From positions 128,001 to 192,000 of the forward strand of contig JAOPTT010000001.1 in assembly GCA_051531975.1 (NCBI GenBank): a DNA stretch of 64,000 nt, read 5' to 3'. A program made the position numbers and the translations under genes. This DNA comes from Spirochaetaceae bacterium (lineage in GTDB: Bacteria > Spirochaetota > Spirochaetia > DSM-2461). Positions 50,560 to 60,428 of this stretch are shown piece by piece. Each line of letters opens with the position of its first letter. Within the stretch, counting starts at the first letter, position 1. The notes under the pieces were generated by a model. That model worked only from the letters and a program-made list of their open reading frames with translations. It had not been told where the DNA came from and searched no databases.

Positions 50560-51039
50560 TCAGGGATTATCCTCAAAATTAACTTTATTAGTTTCTTCCT
50601 CAAAAATAGATAGCCATTCATTTACATCGATATCAATAAAAGTATGTATTCCACTACTAAATACCATCTCAAAATTTGTAATTTTATAATTACTCATGTT
50701 ATCTTCAAAAATATTAAAAGTAGCTCTACCATCAGACAATGTAGCAATTCCAAAATCGATACCCTTTGCATAATCATCTATTATAGCAACAGCCTTAATA
50801 CGGATTTCAGCCATATCTCCAGTAGGGTTAAACATATCAAAATTTATATGTCCATCTTTAAAATCTGAATCAAAACTAAGCAACATCACCTCTTCAAAAT
50901 ATATAGCATCATCGGTTACAACAAAATCGCTCTGAGTTGCTGTTTGATAAGATGCAGATGAAGAACTGTTCTGGCCTGTAGTTTTACATCCTGTCAGGAA
51001 TAAAAATAGTATCATTATTAATGTTATATTTTTTATCAT
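50560..51039 (-). CDS. Hypothetical lipoprotein
   Basis: Lipobox FLTGC followed by a Ser-rich linker; start behind GGAGG. Confidence 0.7.
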   Translation of the reverse strand: MIKNITLIMILFLFLTGCKTTGQNSSSSASYQTATQSDFVVTDDAIYFEEVMLLSFDSDFKDGHINFDMFNPTGDMAEIRIKAVAIIDDYAKGIDFGIATLSDGRATFNIFEDNMSNYKITNFEMVFSSGIHTFIDIDVNEWLSIFEEETNKVNFEDNP

Positions 51040-51097
51040 GTTGTCCTCCATATATTAATTTTAAGTGATTGGTTTGTGTATTACAATATATAAAAAA

Positions 51098-52003
51098 TTA
51101 GTTTTTATGATATAGCCTCACTATGGATCTTTTATCTAATTCAACTAATATAGAGTTACTTACATCTTCAAAAAATAGATTTGTTATCACACCTGGAACT
51201 TTAATTTCGTCAATTATAACAATTCCATTTTTTGTTAGTTTCACAATCATTAGTTTTCTATAATCATTTGATGGCAAAATTAACTCTGCATATTTATCAT
51301 TATCTACATTTATTGCTATTGCCATATTAAGATTAGTTGACCCTATTTTATGTGTAGAGAAACCTCTTTTTGATTCTATTAGTTGTAATCTACCGTCCTT
51401 CCATTTATAGAACTCTAGAATACCACCAAGATGAGGTGTTTTTACTATAGCTAACTCAAGTCCATCATCGAAATAGAAATTTGCAACAGCTAAAATATGT
51501 AACCACCTAAAACCTCTACCAATATAATTTGATGCTCCTAAAAACTTTCCATATTTGGAATAAACGTCGACTCTGGCTCCCAATTTACTACTACTTCTTG
51601 TTAATAAGATCTCTGAGTCAGAAGTTGTAGGGTCAATATTTCCAATAGTAGCCCTTAGAGTTTCAAAAACATCATTTGAGAGTTGGTAAGATCCAATAAT
51701 TTCTGATTCCTGGGTAACCACAAACTTAGTTGGTTCTAGAGGATCACCTAAAATTCCATGGGGATATTTACCAGAAAAGTTCAGAAGATTTACTTGAAAA
51801 CCTGTAAATGAATTATAATAGATAAAAGAGTTGGAATTTGTAGAGTCATTTTTTAAGATTTCAATTGATAATGGTAACTCTAAACTATTATTTGCAAAAT
51901 ATAGATTTCCATTTTGTGGGATTGTGGTATCAGTTCCATATAAAGATGTAAAAGTCTTGAATATAAAGATAATTAAAACATTATGTATCAAGTTTATATT
52001 CAT
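51098..52003 (-). CDS. Exported FG-GAP/VCBS-like repeat protein
   Basis: Signal-like N-terminus; YPHGILGD, FRWLHILAVA, DDGLELAIVKTPHLGG and NVDNDKYAELI motifs. Confidence 0.6.
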   Translation of the reverse strand: MNINLIHNVLIIFIFKTFTSLYGTDTTIPQNGNLYFANNSLELPLSIEILKNDSTNSNSFIYYNSFTGFQVNLLNFSGKYPHGILGDPLEPTKFVVTQESEIIGSYQLSNDVFETLRATIGNIDPTTSDSEILLTRSSSKLGARVDVYSKYGKFLGASNYIGRGFRWLHILAVANFYFDDGLELAIVKTPHLGGILEFYKWKDGRLQLIESKRGFSTHKIGSTNLNMAIAINVDNDKYAELILPSNDYRKLMIVKLTKNGIVIIDEIKVPGVITNLFFEDVSNSILVELDKRSIVRLYHKN

Positions 52004-52031
52004 TTTAGACCTCTACTTTTAATTATTAAAA

Positions 52032-52283
52032 CTACTGTTCTATTTTAAGTTTACCAGTAAATGTTGTTTGGCAACTTAATCTAAAGCCAGCATCAATTTT
52101 TTCTTGCCCAAGTTTTTTGATCTCTTTAACATTAGGTTCTGAAATATCACCCTCTAAGACTTTCATAGTACATTTTCCGCAGATAGCACGTTTACACAGA
52201 TGTTTAACTTTAACCTTATCTAATTTTGCAGCAACTAAAACATTAACGCTTTCTGTGCTGCTCAATTCAATTATATTAGCCAT
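52032..52283 (-). CDS. 2Fe-2S ferredoxin
   Basis: CX4CX2C (CKRAICGKC) and RLSCQ. Confidence 0.9.
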   Translation of the reverse strand: MANIIELSSTESVNVLVAAKLDKVKVKHLCKRAICGKCTMKVLEGDISEPNVKEIKKLGQEKIDAGFRLSCQTTFTGKLKIEQ

Positions 52284-52331
52284 ATTAGCTCCTTTTTATA
52301 TATTAAAATTATAGGAGGGAAACTCAAGACA

Positions 52332-52356
52332 TTCAATAATAATTATTATTATTGAA
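52332..52356. promoter_or_regulatory. Perfect 11-bp inverted repeat upstream of the ferredoxin (Fur-box-like)
   Basis: TTCAATAATAA-tta-TTATTATTGAA; central 19-mer matches 14/19 of GATAATGATAATCATTATC. Confidence 0.4.
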
Positions 52357-52370
52357 AAATAACGAACCAC

Positions 52371-53339
52371 TTATTCAACTAGTATTGGAGAATGAACTAA
52401 ACTTATATTTGTAATTTCTTTTTTAATCAACTTGAGTAGCTCAGATGCAGCGTTTTCGTAAATTTCTTTAATACCTATTTCCACTGTAGCAGGCTTTTTA
52501 TCCAAAACTAATAATTCGGTACTGTTATCATAACCAATCAGTGGAAACTCATCTTGGAGTTCGTATCGATTATGGAATAATTTAGTGACAATTTTAACTA
52601 ATAACATATCATTAACAAAGCCAACACCATCAAAATCTCCAGATTCAATATGTAATATCAATTTATTTACAATCTCCTGGGGATTTTCTTCGTTTAATAC
52701 AACAGCTTCTGGGAATATCTCTAGGAAGCCTTGTTTTCTTAAGTTATGAGAAAATTGATCTTCGTTATTTAATATGTAAATAGGTTTTTTACAGGATTTT
52801 GATTTTAAATAATTACCTTGTATAACTCCTCCTGCCCTATTATCTGTTGCAGAGTGGTTATATTTATTTAGGTGAATAGATCGGTGACAAATTACATACG
52901 GGATATCCCAATCGTCTATAAATTTAGACTCTTCCTCTGATACATGGTCAAAAATTAACATACCATCACAATGATCTTTTATCTCTGCTTTCTTCATGGA
53001 AAATATAGAATTAACAAGTTTTACTTCAAATATATAAGGCTGGTTTTCAAAAAAAGATGTTAAAGATAAAATAGCTTCTGTAAATAACCAGTAGTTACGT
53101 TTTACGTTAGTCCAGTAATGGCCATCCTCTCTTTTCACATATATAAGTAGAATTGTATTAGTACCTTTTCTTCGTAAAGCACTAGCATTTTTATCTGGTT
53201 TATAACCTATAGAATCAGCAACTTCTAAAATTTTATTTCGTGTTTTTGCAGAAACCTTATCGGGATTGCTAAATGCTCTTGAAACTGTAGCCTGAGAAAC
53301 ACCAGCCATTTTAGCAATTAAATAACTATCAATCTTCAT
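52371..53339 (-). CDS. LacI family transcriptional regulator
   Basis: IAKMAGVSQATVSRAF HTH, hinge GYKPDKNASALR, IGYDN. Confidence 0.95.
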   Translation of the reverse strand: MKIDSYLIAKMAGVSQATVSRAFSNPDKVSAKTRNKILEVADSIGYKPDKNASALRRKGTNTILLIYVKREDGHYWTNVKRNYWLFTEAILSLTSFFENQPYIFEVKLVNSIFSMKKAEIKDHCDGMLIFDHVSEEESKFIDDWDIPYVICHRSIHLNKYNHSATDNRAGGVIQGNYLKSKSCKKPIYILNNEDQFSHNLRKQGFLEIFPEAVVLNEENPQEIVNKLILHIESGDFDGVGFVNDMLLVKIVTKLFHNRYELQDEFPLIGYDNSTELLVLDKKPATVEIGIKEIYENAASELLKLIKKEITNISLVHSPILVE

Positions 53340-53350
53340 AAAATCCTTCT

Positions 53351-53368
53351 AATACATTCGTATTCATT
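53351..53368 (-). promoter_or_regulatory. LacI-type operator O1
   Basis: Reverse complement AATGAATACGAATGTATT, central CG, 15/18 identical to O2; just upstream of lacI. Confidence 0.6.
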
Positions 53369-53432
53369 TTAATTATTCACTGGACTAATTTTAGCATAAC
53401 ACTACTATTTCTACAATTAGAAAAGAAAATTA

Positions 53433-53462
53433 TTGACAGATTTTAAAACTCAGCGCTATAAT
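53433..53462 (+). promoter_or_regulatory. Sigma-70 promoter of the ABC-sulfatase operon
   Basis: TTGACA-N18-TATAAT, both hexamers perfect consensus. Confidence 0.8.
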
Positions 53463-53477
53463 GCATACGAATACATT
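53460..53477 (+). promoter_or_regulatory. LacI-type operator O2 overlapping the -10 box
   Basis: AATGCATACGAATACATT, 14/18 self-complementary, central CG. Confidence 0.7.
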
Positions 53478-53492
53478 TCAAAGGAGAACATA

Positions 53493-54782
53493 ATGAAAAG
53501 AATTTTATCATTAGTATTAATCGGTTGTATTAGTTTATCGCTTTTTGCTAAAAACGATGCAGAAACTACTACAGAGACAGCGGCAGTAGCGGCTGAACCA
53601 GTTACATTAACATTTGCTAGTTGGAGTATCCAAGAGAAAGGTGCACAAGATTATTTTACTGAATTAAAGAGTGATTTTGAAGCAGCAAATCCAGATATCA
53701 AAATTGAGTTTTCTGGCTACCCATATGGAGAGTTAAAAAAACAAGTACTAATTATGGCAAACGCTGGACAAATGCCAGATATTATTCAATCAGCAAGATC
53801 TTGGTACCCTAGTTTTGTTACTGGTGGTTATGTAGCAGAGTTAGACTCTCTTTTAGGTAAAGAATATTTAGATGATGTTTACCCAGAGTTATTAGATGAC
53901 ATGAAGTACGAAGGAAAAACTTATGGTATTCCTTGGAAAGCAAGTCCATTTGTACTTTTTTACAATAAACTGTTATTTGAACAAGCTGGATTAGATACAG
54001 ATGTTGCACCAAAAACATACGAAGAAGCGATGATGTTTGCAGAAAAACTATCAACTTTAAAAGATGCAGATGGAAACAGTGTATATGCATTTGGTCAAAC
54101 AACAGGTGCTGTACCAGTAAGTGGTGGAGCCGTATTAAGTATGTTCTTTAGCCATGGTGGTGGAATAGTAGATGCCAATGGTAATGTAGATGTAATTAAC
54201 GACGGAAACAAAGCAGCGTTATTAGCTCTTAAAGATATGCACGATAAAGGTTACAACCCAGAAGGTGCAAAATTAAAAGATTTAAGAAACCTATTTGCAA
54301 TTGGTAGATTAGGTATGTACTTCGACCAATTATGGGGTATGACTGGGGCTTATGCTATTAACCCAGATTTAAAAGGAAATGTTGGAGTTGCTAATCCATT
54401 AAGTGGTAATGGTTCACCTGCAGGAAGTACTTTAGAAGCTCACCTTATTTTAATAAGCGAAGATTGTACTGAAAAAGATGCTGCTGCAACATTTATTAAG
54501 TTTGCAACTAGCCCAGCACAAATGGCTAAATATTATGCAATTACACCATTTTTACTACCTAGAGATAGCCAAGTAAAAGCGGCACCTGCATATAAAACTG
54601 ACCCAGGAATTGAGCCTATATTAAACTATGCAGAAACAATTAGATCTGTTGAAAAACACCCAGAAATGGAAAATGTTTTTGTAGCTTTAACAACGGCTGC
54701 TCAAGGTGTTTCTATAGGTTGGGTAACAGTAGATGAAGCATTGGTTAATCTTGAAAAAGAATTAAAAACTTTACTTAAATAA
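53493..54782 (+). CDS. Sugar ABC solute-binding protein (CUT1)
   Basis: Start at ATG behind AAGGAG; leader MKRILSLVLIGCISLSLFA; YGIPW and LFYNKLLFEQAGL motifs. Confidence 0.93.
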   Translation: MKRILSLVLIGCISLSLFAKNDAETTTETAAVAAEPVTLTFASWSIQEKGAQDYFTELKSDFEAANPDIKIEFSGYPYGELKKQVLIMANAGQMPDIIQSARSWYPSFVTGGYVAELDSLLGKEYLDDVYPELLDDMKYEGKTYGIPWKASPFVLFYNKLLFEQAGLDTDVAPKTYEEAMMFAEKLSTLKDADGNSVYAFGQTTGAVPVSGGAVLSMFFSHGGGIVDANGNVDVINDGNKAALLALKDMHDKGYNPEGAKLKDLRNLFAIGRLGMYFDQLWGMTGAYAINPDLKGNVGVANPLSGNGSPAGSTLEAHLILISEDCTEKDAAATFIKFATSPAQMAKYYAITPFLLPRDSQVKAAPAYKTDPGIEPILNYAETIRSVEKHPEMENVFVALTTAAQGVSIGWVTVDEALVNLEKELKTLLK

Positions 54783-54790
54783 AACTTCAA

Positions 54791-54818
54791 TAAATAGACC
54801 ACGTTAGTGGTCTATTTA
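54791..54818 (+). terminator. Intra-operon stem-loop after the binding-protein gene
   Basis: Perfect 12-bp stem TAAATAGACCAC-gtta-GTGGTCTATTTA; could stabilise mRNA or partly terminate. Confidence 0.65.
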
Positions 54819-54830
54819 AAGGATATTAAG

Positions 54831-55721
54831 ATGTCATTAAAAACAAAAACCGGTGATCGTATATTTGGAACAGTACTGCTTTTACCATCAATACTTATTG
54901 TTGGTGGATTTATATTTTTACCTGTTTTACAATCTGTGTATTATAGTTTTTTTAAATATAAATTAACACGAAAGAAGATGCCCCTTATTTGGAATCACTT
55001 TGAGAACTATTTAGAGTTATGGGAATCAGGAAAAATACAAAATGCTTTTGTAATTACATTTCAATTTATGTTAATTGTTGTACTTATTGTATTTCTCTTG
55101 GGTCTTATAATGTCACTATTTATGAATCGTGGTAAGGCAGGAGAACGAGCTACAAGATCTTTAGCATTACTACCATGGGGAACTCCAACGGTTATTGTTG
55201 CCCTCTTATGGTCTTGGATGTTTCAGGCAGAGTACGGAGTAGTAAACTTTATATTATTAAAATTACATATTATTGCCCAGCCAATGAGCTTTTTAGTAAA
55301 TCCAAACACTGCATTAGGTTCTGTTGCTGTTGCAGCAATTTGGCGACAACTGCCATTTATGTTTATTATGCTACTAGCAGGTCTTCAGGGAATACCTAAA
55401 GAGATGTACGAAGCAGCAGATATAGATGGTGCAACATTTATGCAATCTTTTAGACATATAACCCTACCATTTTTACGTAATGTTATACGTTCGAGTATAT
55501 TAGTTACAATTATTACCAACTTTAAGCAGTTCCCTTTATTCTGGACAATGACAGGTGGGGGACCAATGGGTACAACTGAAACGCTGGCAATATTAACCTA
55601 TAAAAATGCCTTTGTTAACTTAAACTTTGGTGTAGGTGCCGCTGTTGCAACATCCTGGATGGTTGCGTTAATTATATTCTCGTTGCTCTATAACAGAATA
55701 TTTAAGGAGGTTCAGTACTAA
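54831..55721 (+). CDS. Sugar ABC permease (MalF type)
   Basis: LLPWGTP and EMYEAADIDGA motifs. Confidence 0.93.
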   Translation: MSLKTKTGDRIFGTVLLLPSILIVGGFIFLPVLQSVYYSFFKYKLTRKKMPLIWNHFENYLELWESGKIQNAFVITFQFMLIVVLIVFLLGLIMSLFMNRGKAGERATRSLALLPWGTPTVIVALLWSWMFQAEYGVVNFILLKLHIIAQPMSFLVNPNTALGSVAVAAIWRQLPFMFIMLLAGLQGIPKEMYEAADIDGATFMQSFRHITLPFLRNVIRSSILVTIITNFKQFPLFWTMTGGGPMGTTETLAILTYKNAFVNLNFGVGAAVATSWMVALIIFSLLYNRIFKEVQY

Positions 55722-55722
55722 T

Positions 55723-56562
55723 ATGAAAAAAAGAGATCTTTCTATAGGAAAAATTATTTCAATAGTAGGAATAATAATATTAGGTTTGTTCTTAATGTTC
55801 CCACTATATTGGTTAATTATTACATCATTTAAAACTAATATGGATATATACAAGTTTCCACCACAATTCATTCCGGTAAACTTCACACTAGATAACTATA
55901 TTTTGTTATTAAAAGATAACTCAGTGTTAATTTACTTAATGAATAATGCAATTATTGCTACTGGAACAACTATTTTAACCATAATTGTTTCAGCTTTAGC
56001 AGGTTATTCGCTATCTAGATACTCAAGTAAATTTGGTAGTATTGTTAAAACATCCCTACTCTCTACACAGATGTTCCCAATTGTTGGTTTAATACTATCT
56101 CTGTATGTTATTTTTAGAAATCTTAATCTAATAAATACTGGAATGAGTCTGATTCTTGCATTATCAGCAGTTACAATTCCATTTTCAACAATTTTAATAA
56201 AAGGGTTCTTCGATGATATTTCAAGATCCTTAGAAGAGGCAGCTAAAATTGATGGTTGTTCTAGACTTAGAACTTTAGTTGCCATAATTATGCCCCTTTC
56301 TAAACCTGGTCTGTTAGCAATTGGTCTATTTACTTTTATGCAAGCATGGGATGACTTCTTATTCGCTATTACATTTATTTTATCAGATGAAAAAAGAACA
56401 TTATCATCAGGTATAGCAATGAAGTTTTTAGGTGAAGTTTCTTATGACTGGGCAATGGTTACAACAGTTTCTGTAGCTGGTGTTTTACCTATGTTCATCC
56501 TTATATTTATATTCCAGAAACATATGGTTGCTGGTTTAACCAGTGGTGGTGTTAAAGGATGA
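55723..56562 (+). CDS. Sugar ABC permease (MalG type)
   Basis: SLEEAAKIDGC and GLTSGGVKG motifs. Confidence 0.93.
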   Translation: MKKRDLSIGKIISIVGIIILGLFLMFPLYWLIITSFKTNMDIYKFPPQFIPVNFTLDNYILLLKDNSVLIYLMNNAIIATGTTILTIIVSALAGYSLSRYSSKFGSIVKTSLLSTQMFPIVGLILSLYVIFRNLNLINTGMSLILALSAVTIPFSTILIKGFFDDISRSLEEAAKIDGCSRLRTLVAIIMPLSKPGLLAIGLFTFMQAWDDFLFAITFILSDEKRTLSSGIAMKFLGEVSYDWAMVTTVSVAGVLPMFILIFIFQKHMVAGLTSGGVKG

Positions 56563-58127
56563 AAAATTATATCAATCAAAAAACAGGTAAGGGTCCATAT
56601 TCAATTGATGGAACTAAAGATAAACCTAATATTTTGTTCATAACTATGGATATGGTACCTCCTGAATTTTATGCCACAGGAAATACCTTAAATACACCTG
56701 CACATACCCAGTTAGCAAAAGATGGTATAACTTTTAAAAATGTTTTTTCAACATCTCCACTTTGTGGACCTTCTAGGGCTTCCATTTTAACTGGTAGATA
56801 CTCATACATTACTGGTAATTCTGAAAGATCCCACGATGGTCATAAAACTGATTTACGTTCGGAAGATATTATATGGCCTGAATACCTAAGATCAGCTGGT
56901 TACCATACAAGACATGTAGGGAAATCTCATGTTGGAACAGAGCACTTTATGAGGGCATTTTCAGAGAACTCTTCACCTTGGGATAGATGGTCTCCCCCCT
57001 GGTATGATGAAGATGCTTATATTGATTCATTACAGTCTCAAAACCTAAAACGATTTACTTTTAAGAAAGAAATTAGGGGTAATAGTTGGACTGGAGAGAG
57101 AGATGGAAACTCATATGGTGGTTGGTTAGCAGACCAAAATGGTGAACCATTTCCTGAAGAGGCTTTATATCCTACATATTTAGTTAATAGAGCTATAACG
57201 ACTTTAGAAACTAGAGGAAATAACAGACCATTTTATCTACAACTAGACTTTTTTGGTCCCCATCAGCCTTTTGCAATTCCTGGGGGATATGAAAAAAGAG
57301 AAGAAGAAATTCGTTCTACAATCGAGATTCCTAGGAGTTGGTTAGACTGGGAAGCTAGTGGATTTACAGAAGATGGTTTAGATCCTAGAGTTTATGAGTT
57401 ATACAGAAAAAACTGGGGTTTAAGAAATAGACAAGATCTAATAGATTATTTAGTTGCAAACCAACTTCAGTACGAAATTCTAGATAAACAGATGGGCCGA
57501 CTAATAAACTACCTTAAAGACAATGACCTATATAATTCTACTATGATTATATTTACTGCTGATCATGGGGAGATGAACGGACGTAAAGGTTGTGTTGATA
57601 AAGGTGCATATCTAAACCCACAAGTATTGCAAGTTCCATTTATTTTGAAGCCTACTGCAGATAAAGATATTAAACGGGATATTTCTATTTCAGAACCATG
57701 TTCTCTATTAGATATTTTCCCGACGATTAGCCAAGAAATAGGACTTTCTATAAATGATAGAACTGACGGTGTTAGTCTATTTGATACATTATCTGGTAAA
57801 CCTAGACCAGAAGATAAACCTGTTATGTTCGATGTGTGGAATCATGTTGTTCCAAACCCATGTGTTGGTCGAATCTTTAAAAATAATAATAGACAATATT
57901 TATATACTTATAACTGTGTTTCTAATACTGATGAGCTTTATGACCTAGCTGAAAGAGGTCAAATAAATAACTTAATCAGAGATGAAGAGCTAGAAAAGGT
58001 CGCTTTGAAACAGATGTACAAGGCACTACTAACAGATACCAGATGGGATGTTTACAATTGCTACTTTAAATTAGAGTACTCGGATAAATTACAATTAGAA
58101 ATTGGTGACAACCAGAAATTTGAATAA
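56559..58127 (+). CDS. Cys-type formylglycine-dependent (S1) sulfatase, cytoplasmic
   Basis: KPNILFITMD, SPLCGPSRASILTGRY (CxPxR), GKSH, GPHQP and FTADHGE motifs; no signal peptide. Confidence 0.92.
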   Translation: MKNYINQKTGKGPYSIDGTKDKPNILFITMDMVPPEFYATGNTLNTPAHTQLAKDGITFKNVFSTSPLCGPSRASILTGRYSYITGNSERSHDGHKTDLRSEDIIWPEYLRSAGYHTRHVGKSHVGTEHFMRAFSENSSPWDRWSPPWYDEDAYIDSLQSQNLKRFTFKKEIRGNSWTGERDGNSYGGWLADQNGEPFPEEALYPTYLVNRAITTLETRGNNRPFYLQLDFFGPHQPFAIPGGYEKREEEIRSTIEIPRSWLDWEASGFTEDGLDPRVYELYRKNWGLRNRQDLIDYLVANQLQYEILDKQMGRLINYLKDNDLYNSTMIIFTADHGEMNGRKGCVDKGAYLNPQVLQVPFILKPTADKDIKRDISISEPCSLLDIFPTISQEIGLSINDRTDGVSLFDTLSGKPRPEDKPVMFDVWNHVVPNPCVGRIFKNNNRQYLYTYNCVSNTDELYDLAERGQINNLIRDEELEKVALKQMYKALLTDTRWDVYNCYFKLEYSDKLQLEIGDNQKFE

Positions 58128-58143
58128 ATAATCTCCTGTTTAC

Positions 58144-58191
58144 TTCAATGTTCCCAAGCTTAATAACAGGGGAACATTGGAGTTTTTTTTT
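58144..58191 (+). terminator. Rho-independent terminator of the sulfatase operon
   Basis: CAATGTTCCC/GGGAACATTG stem followed by a T9 run. Confidence 0.8.
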
Positions 58192-59047
58192 AGAACATAT
58201 ATCTATAATATCTAAACTCAGTTTGTATATCAAACCCTATATTTTGATATAGACCTAATGCATTTGTATTATCGACCTGAACTTCTAATACAATTTCTTT
58301 GTTTTGTAATAAAAACATTTTAACAATTTCAGAAAGCACATATTTTCCAATACCTTTTTTCTGAAATTCAGGATCGATACAAAATCCAAAAATATAAAGT
58401 CTAGTCTCTTCTTCATATATACCAATCATACCAACGATTTTTGACTTATACTCTATGGAAAAGAGTTTTCTTTTATCACCATCTAAAATATCGTTAATTC
58501 TATCAGTACTATCCTGAATACTACTGTTAAATACTGTAGAGCTAATTTGTATTAGTCTATCAATATTTGTTTTTACAATTGCGATTCTAATATCTGGATT
58601 AGTGGTATTTATAAGTTTATATTCATCTTTAAATGTTAGAAGATATTCGGAGAACTCATATTTTGAATTAAGAGTTTTAGATATTCTGTTACTCTCTAGG
58701 AATGAAGAATCACTTACAAATAAAATAGACTCTATCTTCCTTCTTTTTATTTCAATAGTTGCTTCTTTTAATAATAGACTAAATAACCCCTGTTTTCGGT
58801 TATCTGGGGATGTTAATGCTATAATTTCAGCTTCTTTTTTTGATGGAGCAAATATACAAAGAGAAGAGACTAACTTATCACCTTTATATAACAAAAACGT
58901 ATTAATATCATTTTCTTTTATAAAATCATCAAGAATATCAAAAACATATCCTGTTTTATCGTGGTTATTACACTTATCATATAACTCTTTAACATCTAAA
59001 ATCTGTTCTTCTGTTAATATACTCTCTTTTACAACTTTTAAATCCAT
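58190..59047 (-). CDS. Tandem-domain GNAT acetyltransferase
   Basis: Two acetyl-CoA loops (RKQGLF, QKKGIG); NTNALGLYQNIGF. Confidence 0.9.
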   Translation of the reverse strand: MDLKVVKESILTEEQILDVKELYDKCNNHDKTGYVFDILDDFIKENDINTFLLYKGDKLVSSLCIFAPSKKEAEIIALTSPDNRKQGLFSLLLKEATIEIKRRKIESILFVSDSSFLESNRISKTLNSKYEFSEYLLTFKDEYKLINTTNPDIRIAIVKTNIDRLIQISSTVFNSSIQDSTDRINDILDGDKRKLFSIEYKSKIVGMIGIYEEETRLYIFGFCIDPEFQKKGIGKYVLSEIVKMFLLQNKEIVLEVQVDNTNALGLYQNIGFDIQTEFRYYRYMF

Positions 59048-59161
59048 TTATTTCCTTCAAATCTAGGTATCTCTAATTTTCTACTGAGTTCATTATAGTA
59101 TTCATTTAGTGTTTTTGTAAATTCTTATAGTTTTATACTATAATTGTTAAAGAGGTAAATT

Positions 59162-60364
59162 ATGAAAAAGATCATATTAATATTATTATCATTAATTATT
59201 TTAGGTTGTGGGACTACAAAAAATACAGTTTTAGAGGATGAAACAATGTCCCCAAAAGGTTCAGACGAGTTTATTGTAGCAATGGAAACTTGGGATAATC
59301 CAGAAGAAAAAATAGAACTTTTAAATAAAGTAGTAATAGCCGATCCAGATAATCCACTAGCATATTATTATTTAGCTCTTGTATTAAAAGATTCCAATAA
59401 ACTAAAAAAATCTATTGATGCATTAGACAGTGCAATAGAGATAGATCCAAATTTTGTTTCAGCTTATATACTTAGAGGAGAGACAAAATTATGGGATTTA
59501 GATGATAAAACAGGTGTTGATGATTTTAAACAAGCATACGAAATAAATCCTAGTTCTATAAAAGCTGCCCTTGCATATGGTTCAAATAATGAGTGGCAAA
59601 CAGAAGAGTTGAAAGAAACTTTTTATACCGATCTAGTAAATAAATTTCCAGATAATGCTGAAGTATTAAAAGAGTTAGCATTAACATTTCACCAGCAAGG
59701 GAGCCAAGAGAAAGCAATAGAACTAATCAATAAAGCCATCGGTTTAGAACCTGACGACTCTTATTTATACCTTAAAAAAGCATATTTTCATGCAGATTAT
59801 GCTGAATATATGTTAGCAGAAGAGACAATGGTACAGGCAGTTAATATGTCTCCTGATAATCCACATTACAAAGTATTTCTAGCCTCAATTCTGAGACATA
59901 TGGGTAGATTAGATGAAGCACTTATATATCTTAAAGAATCCGGGAATGGTGATTGGATAGATGATGGAATGTTCCCGGAACTAATTAGAGTAGAATCTAG
60001 ATTAGGAATTTTTGATAGCTTGGAATTCTATAGTCAAAACTTATATGACGACCCATGGAGTGACTTTTTTAGAGGAGTAATAGCTTTAAGAACAGGAGAT
60101 ACTGATTCAGCACTAACTTACATAAAAGAAGCACGAAATATGGAGGAGTGGAATACTGAGTTTACTTTAAGTTTATCCTACCTATATTTAAAAATTGGGA
60201 ACATAGATATGAGTAATGAGGTATTAAGAAAAATTGAAGTGAATGAACTAATAAATTCCACTTGGTATACTACTTATGAACTTTATTATGACTTAATTAA
60301 AGATATTGAATCAGGTGTTATATCCCAGGATGATGTTCCAGAAGTTCTACTTATAGAAAAATAA
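59162..60364 (+). CDS. Tetratricopeptide-repeat lipoprotein
   Basis: Lipobox ILGC; TPR units such as AIEIDPNFVSAYILRG and KAIGLEPDD. Confidence 0.85.
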   Translation: MKKIILILLSLIILGCGTTKNTVLEDETMSPKGSDEFIVAMETWDNPEEKIELLNKVVIADPDNPLAYYYLALVLKDSNKLKKSIDALDSAIEIDPNFVSAYILRGETKLWDLDDKTGVDDFKQAYEINPSSIKAALAYGSNNEWQTEELKETFYTDLVNKFPDNAEVLKELALTFHQQGSQEKAIELINKAIGLEPDDSYLYLKKAYFHADYAEYMLAEETMVQAVNMSPDNPHYKVFLASILRHMGRLDEALIYLKESGNGDWIDDGMFPELIRVESRLGIFDSLEFYSQNLYDDPWSDFFRGVIALRTGDTDSALTYIKEARNMEEWNTEFTLSLSYLYLKIGNIDMSNEVLRKIEVNELINSTWYTTYELYYDLIKDIESGVISQDDVPEVLLIEK

Positions 60365-60383
60365 TTGCTAGAACAGGACTAAG

Positions 60384-60425
60384 TATAATTTCCATCTTCA
60401 TATATATACAGAGATGGAAATTATA
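60384..60425. terminator. Hairpin between convergent genes, probably a bidirectional terminator
   Basis: 14-bp stem TATAATTTCCATCT/AGATGGAAATTATA. Confidence 0.7.
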
Positions 60426-60428
60426 TAT

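Noticed and set aside
1096..56562. Three sugar ABC clusters lacking an ATPase gene
   Set aside because: Normal for CUT1 systems, which share a MalK/MsmK-type ATPase encoded elsewhere.
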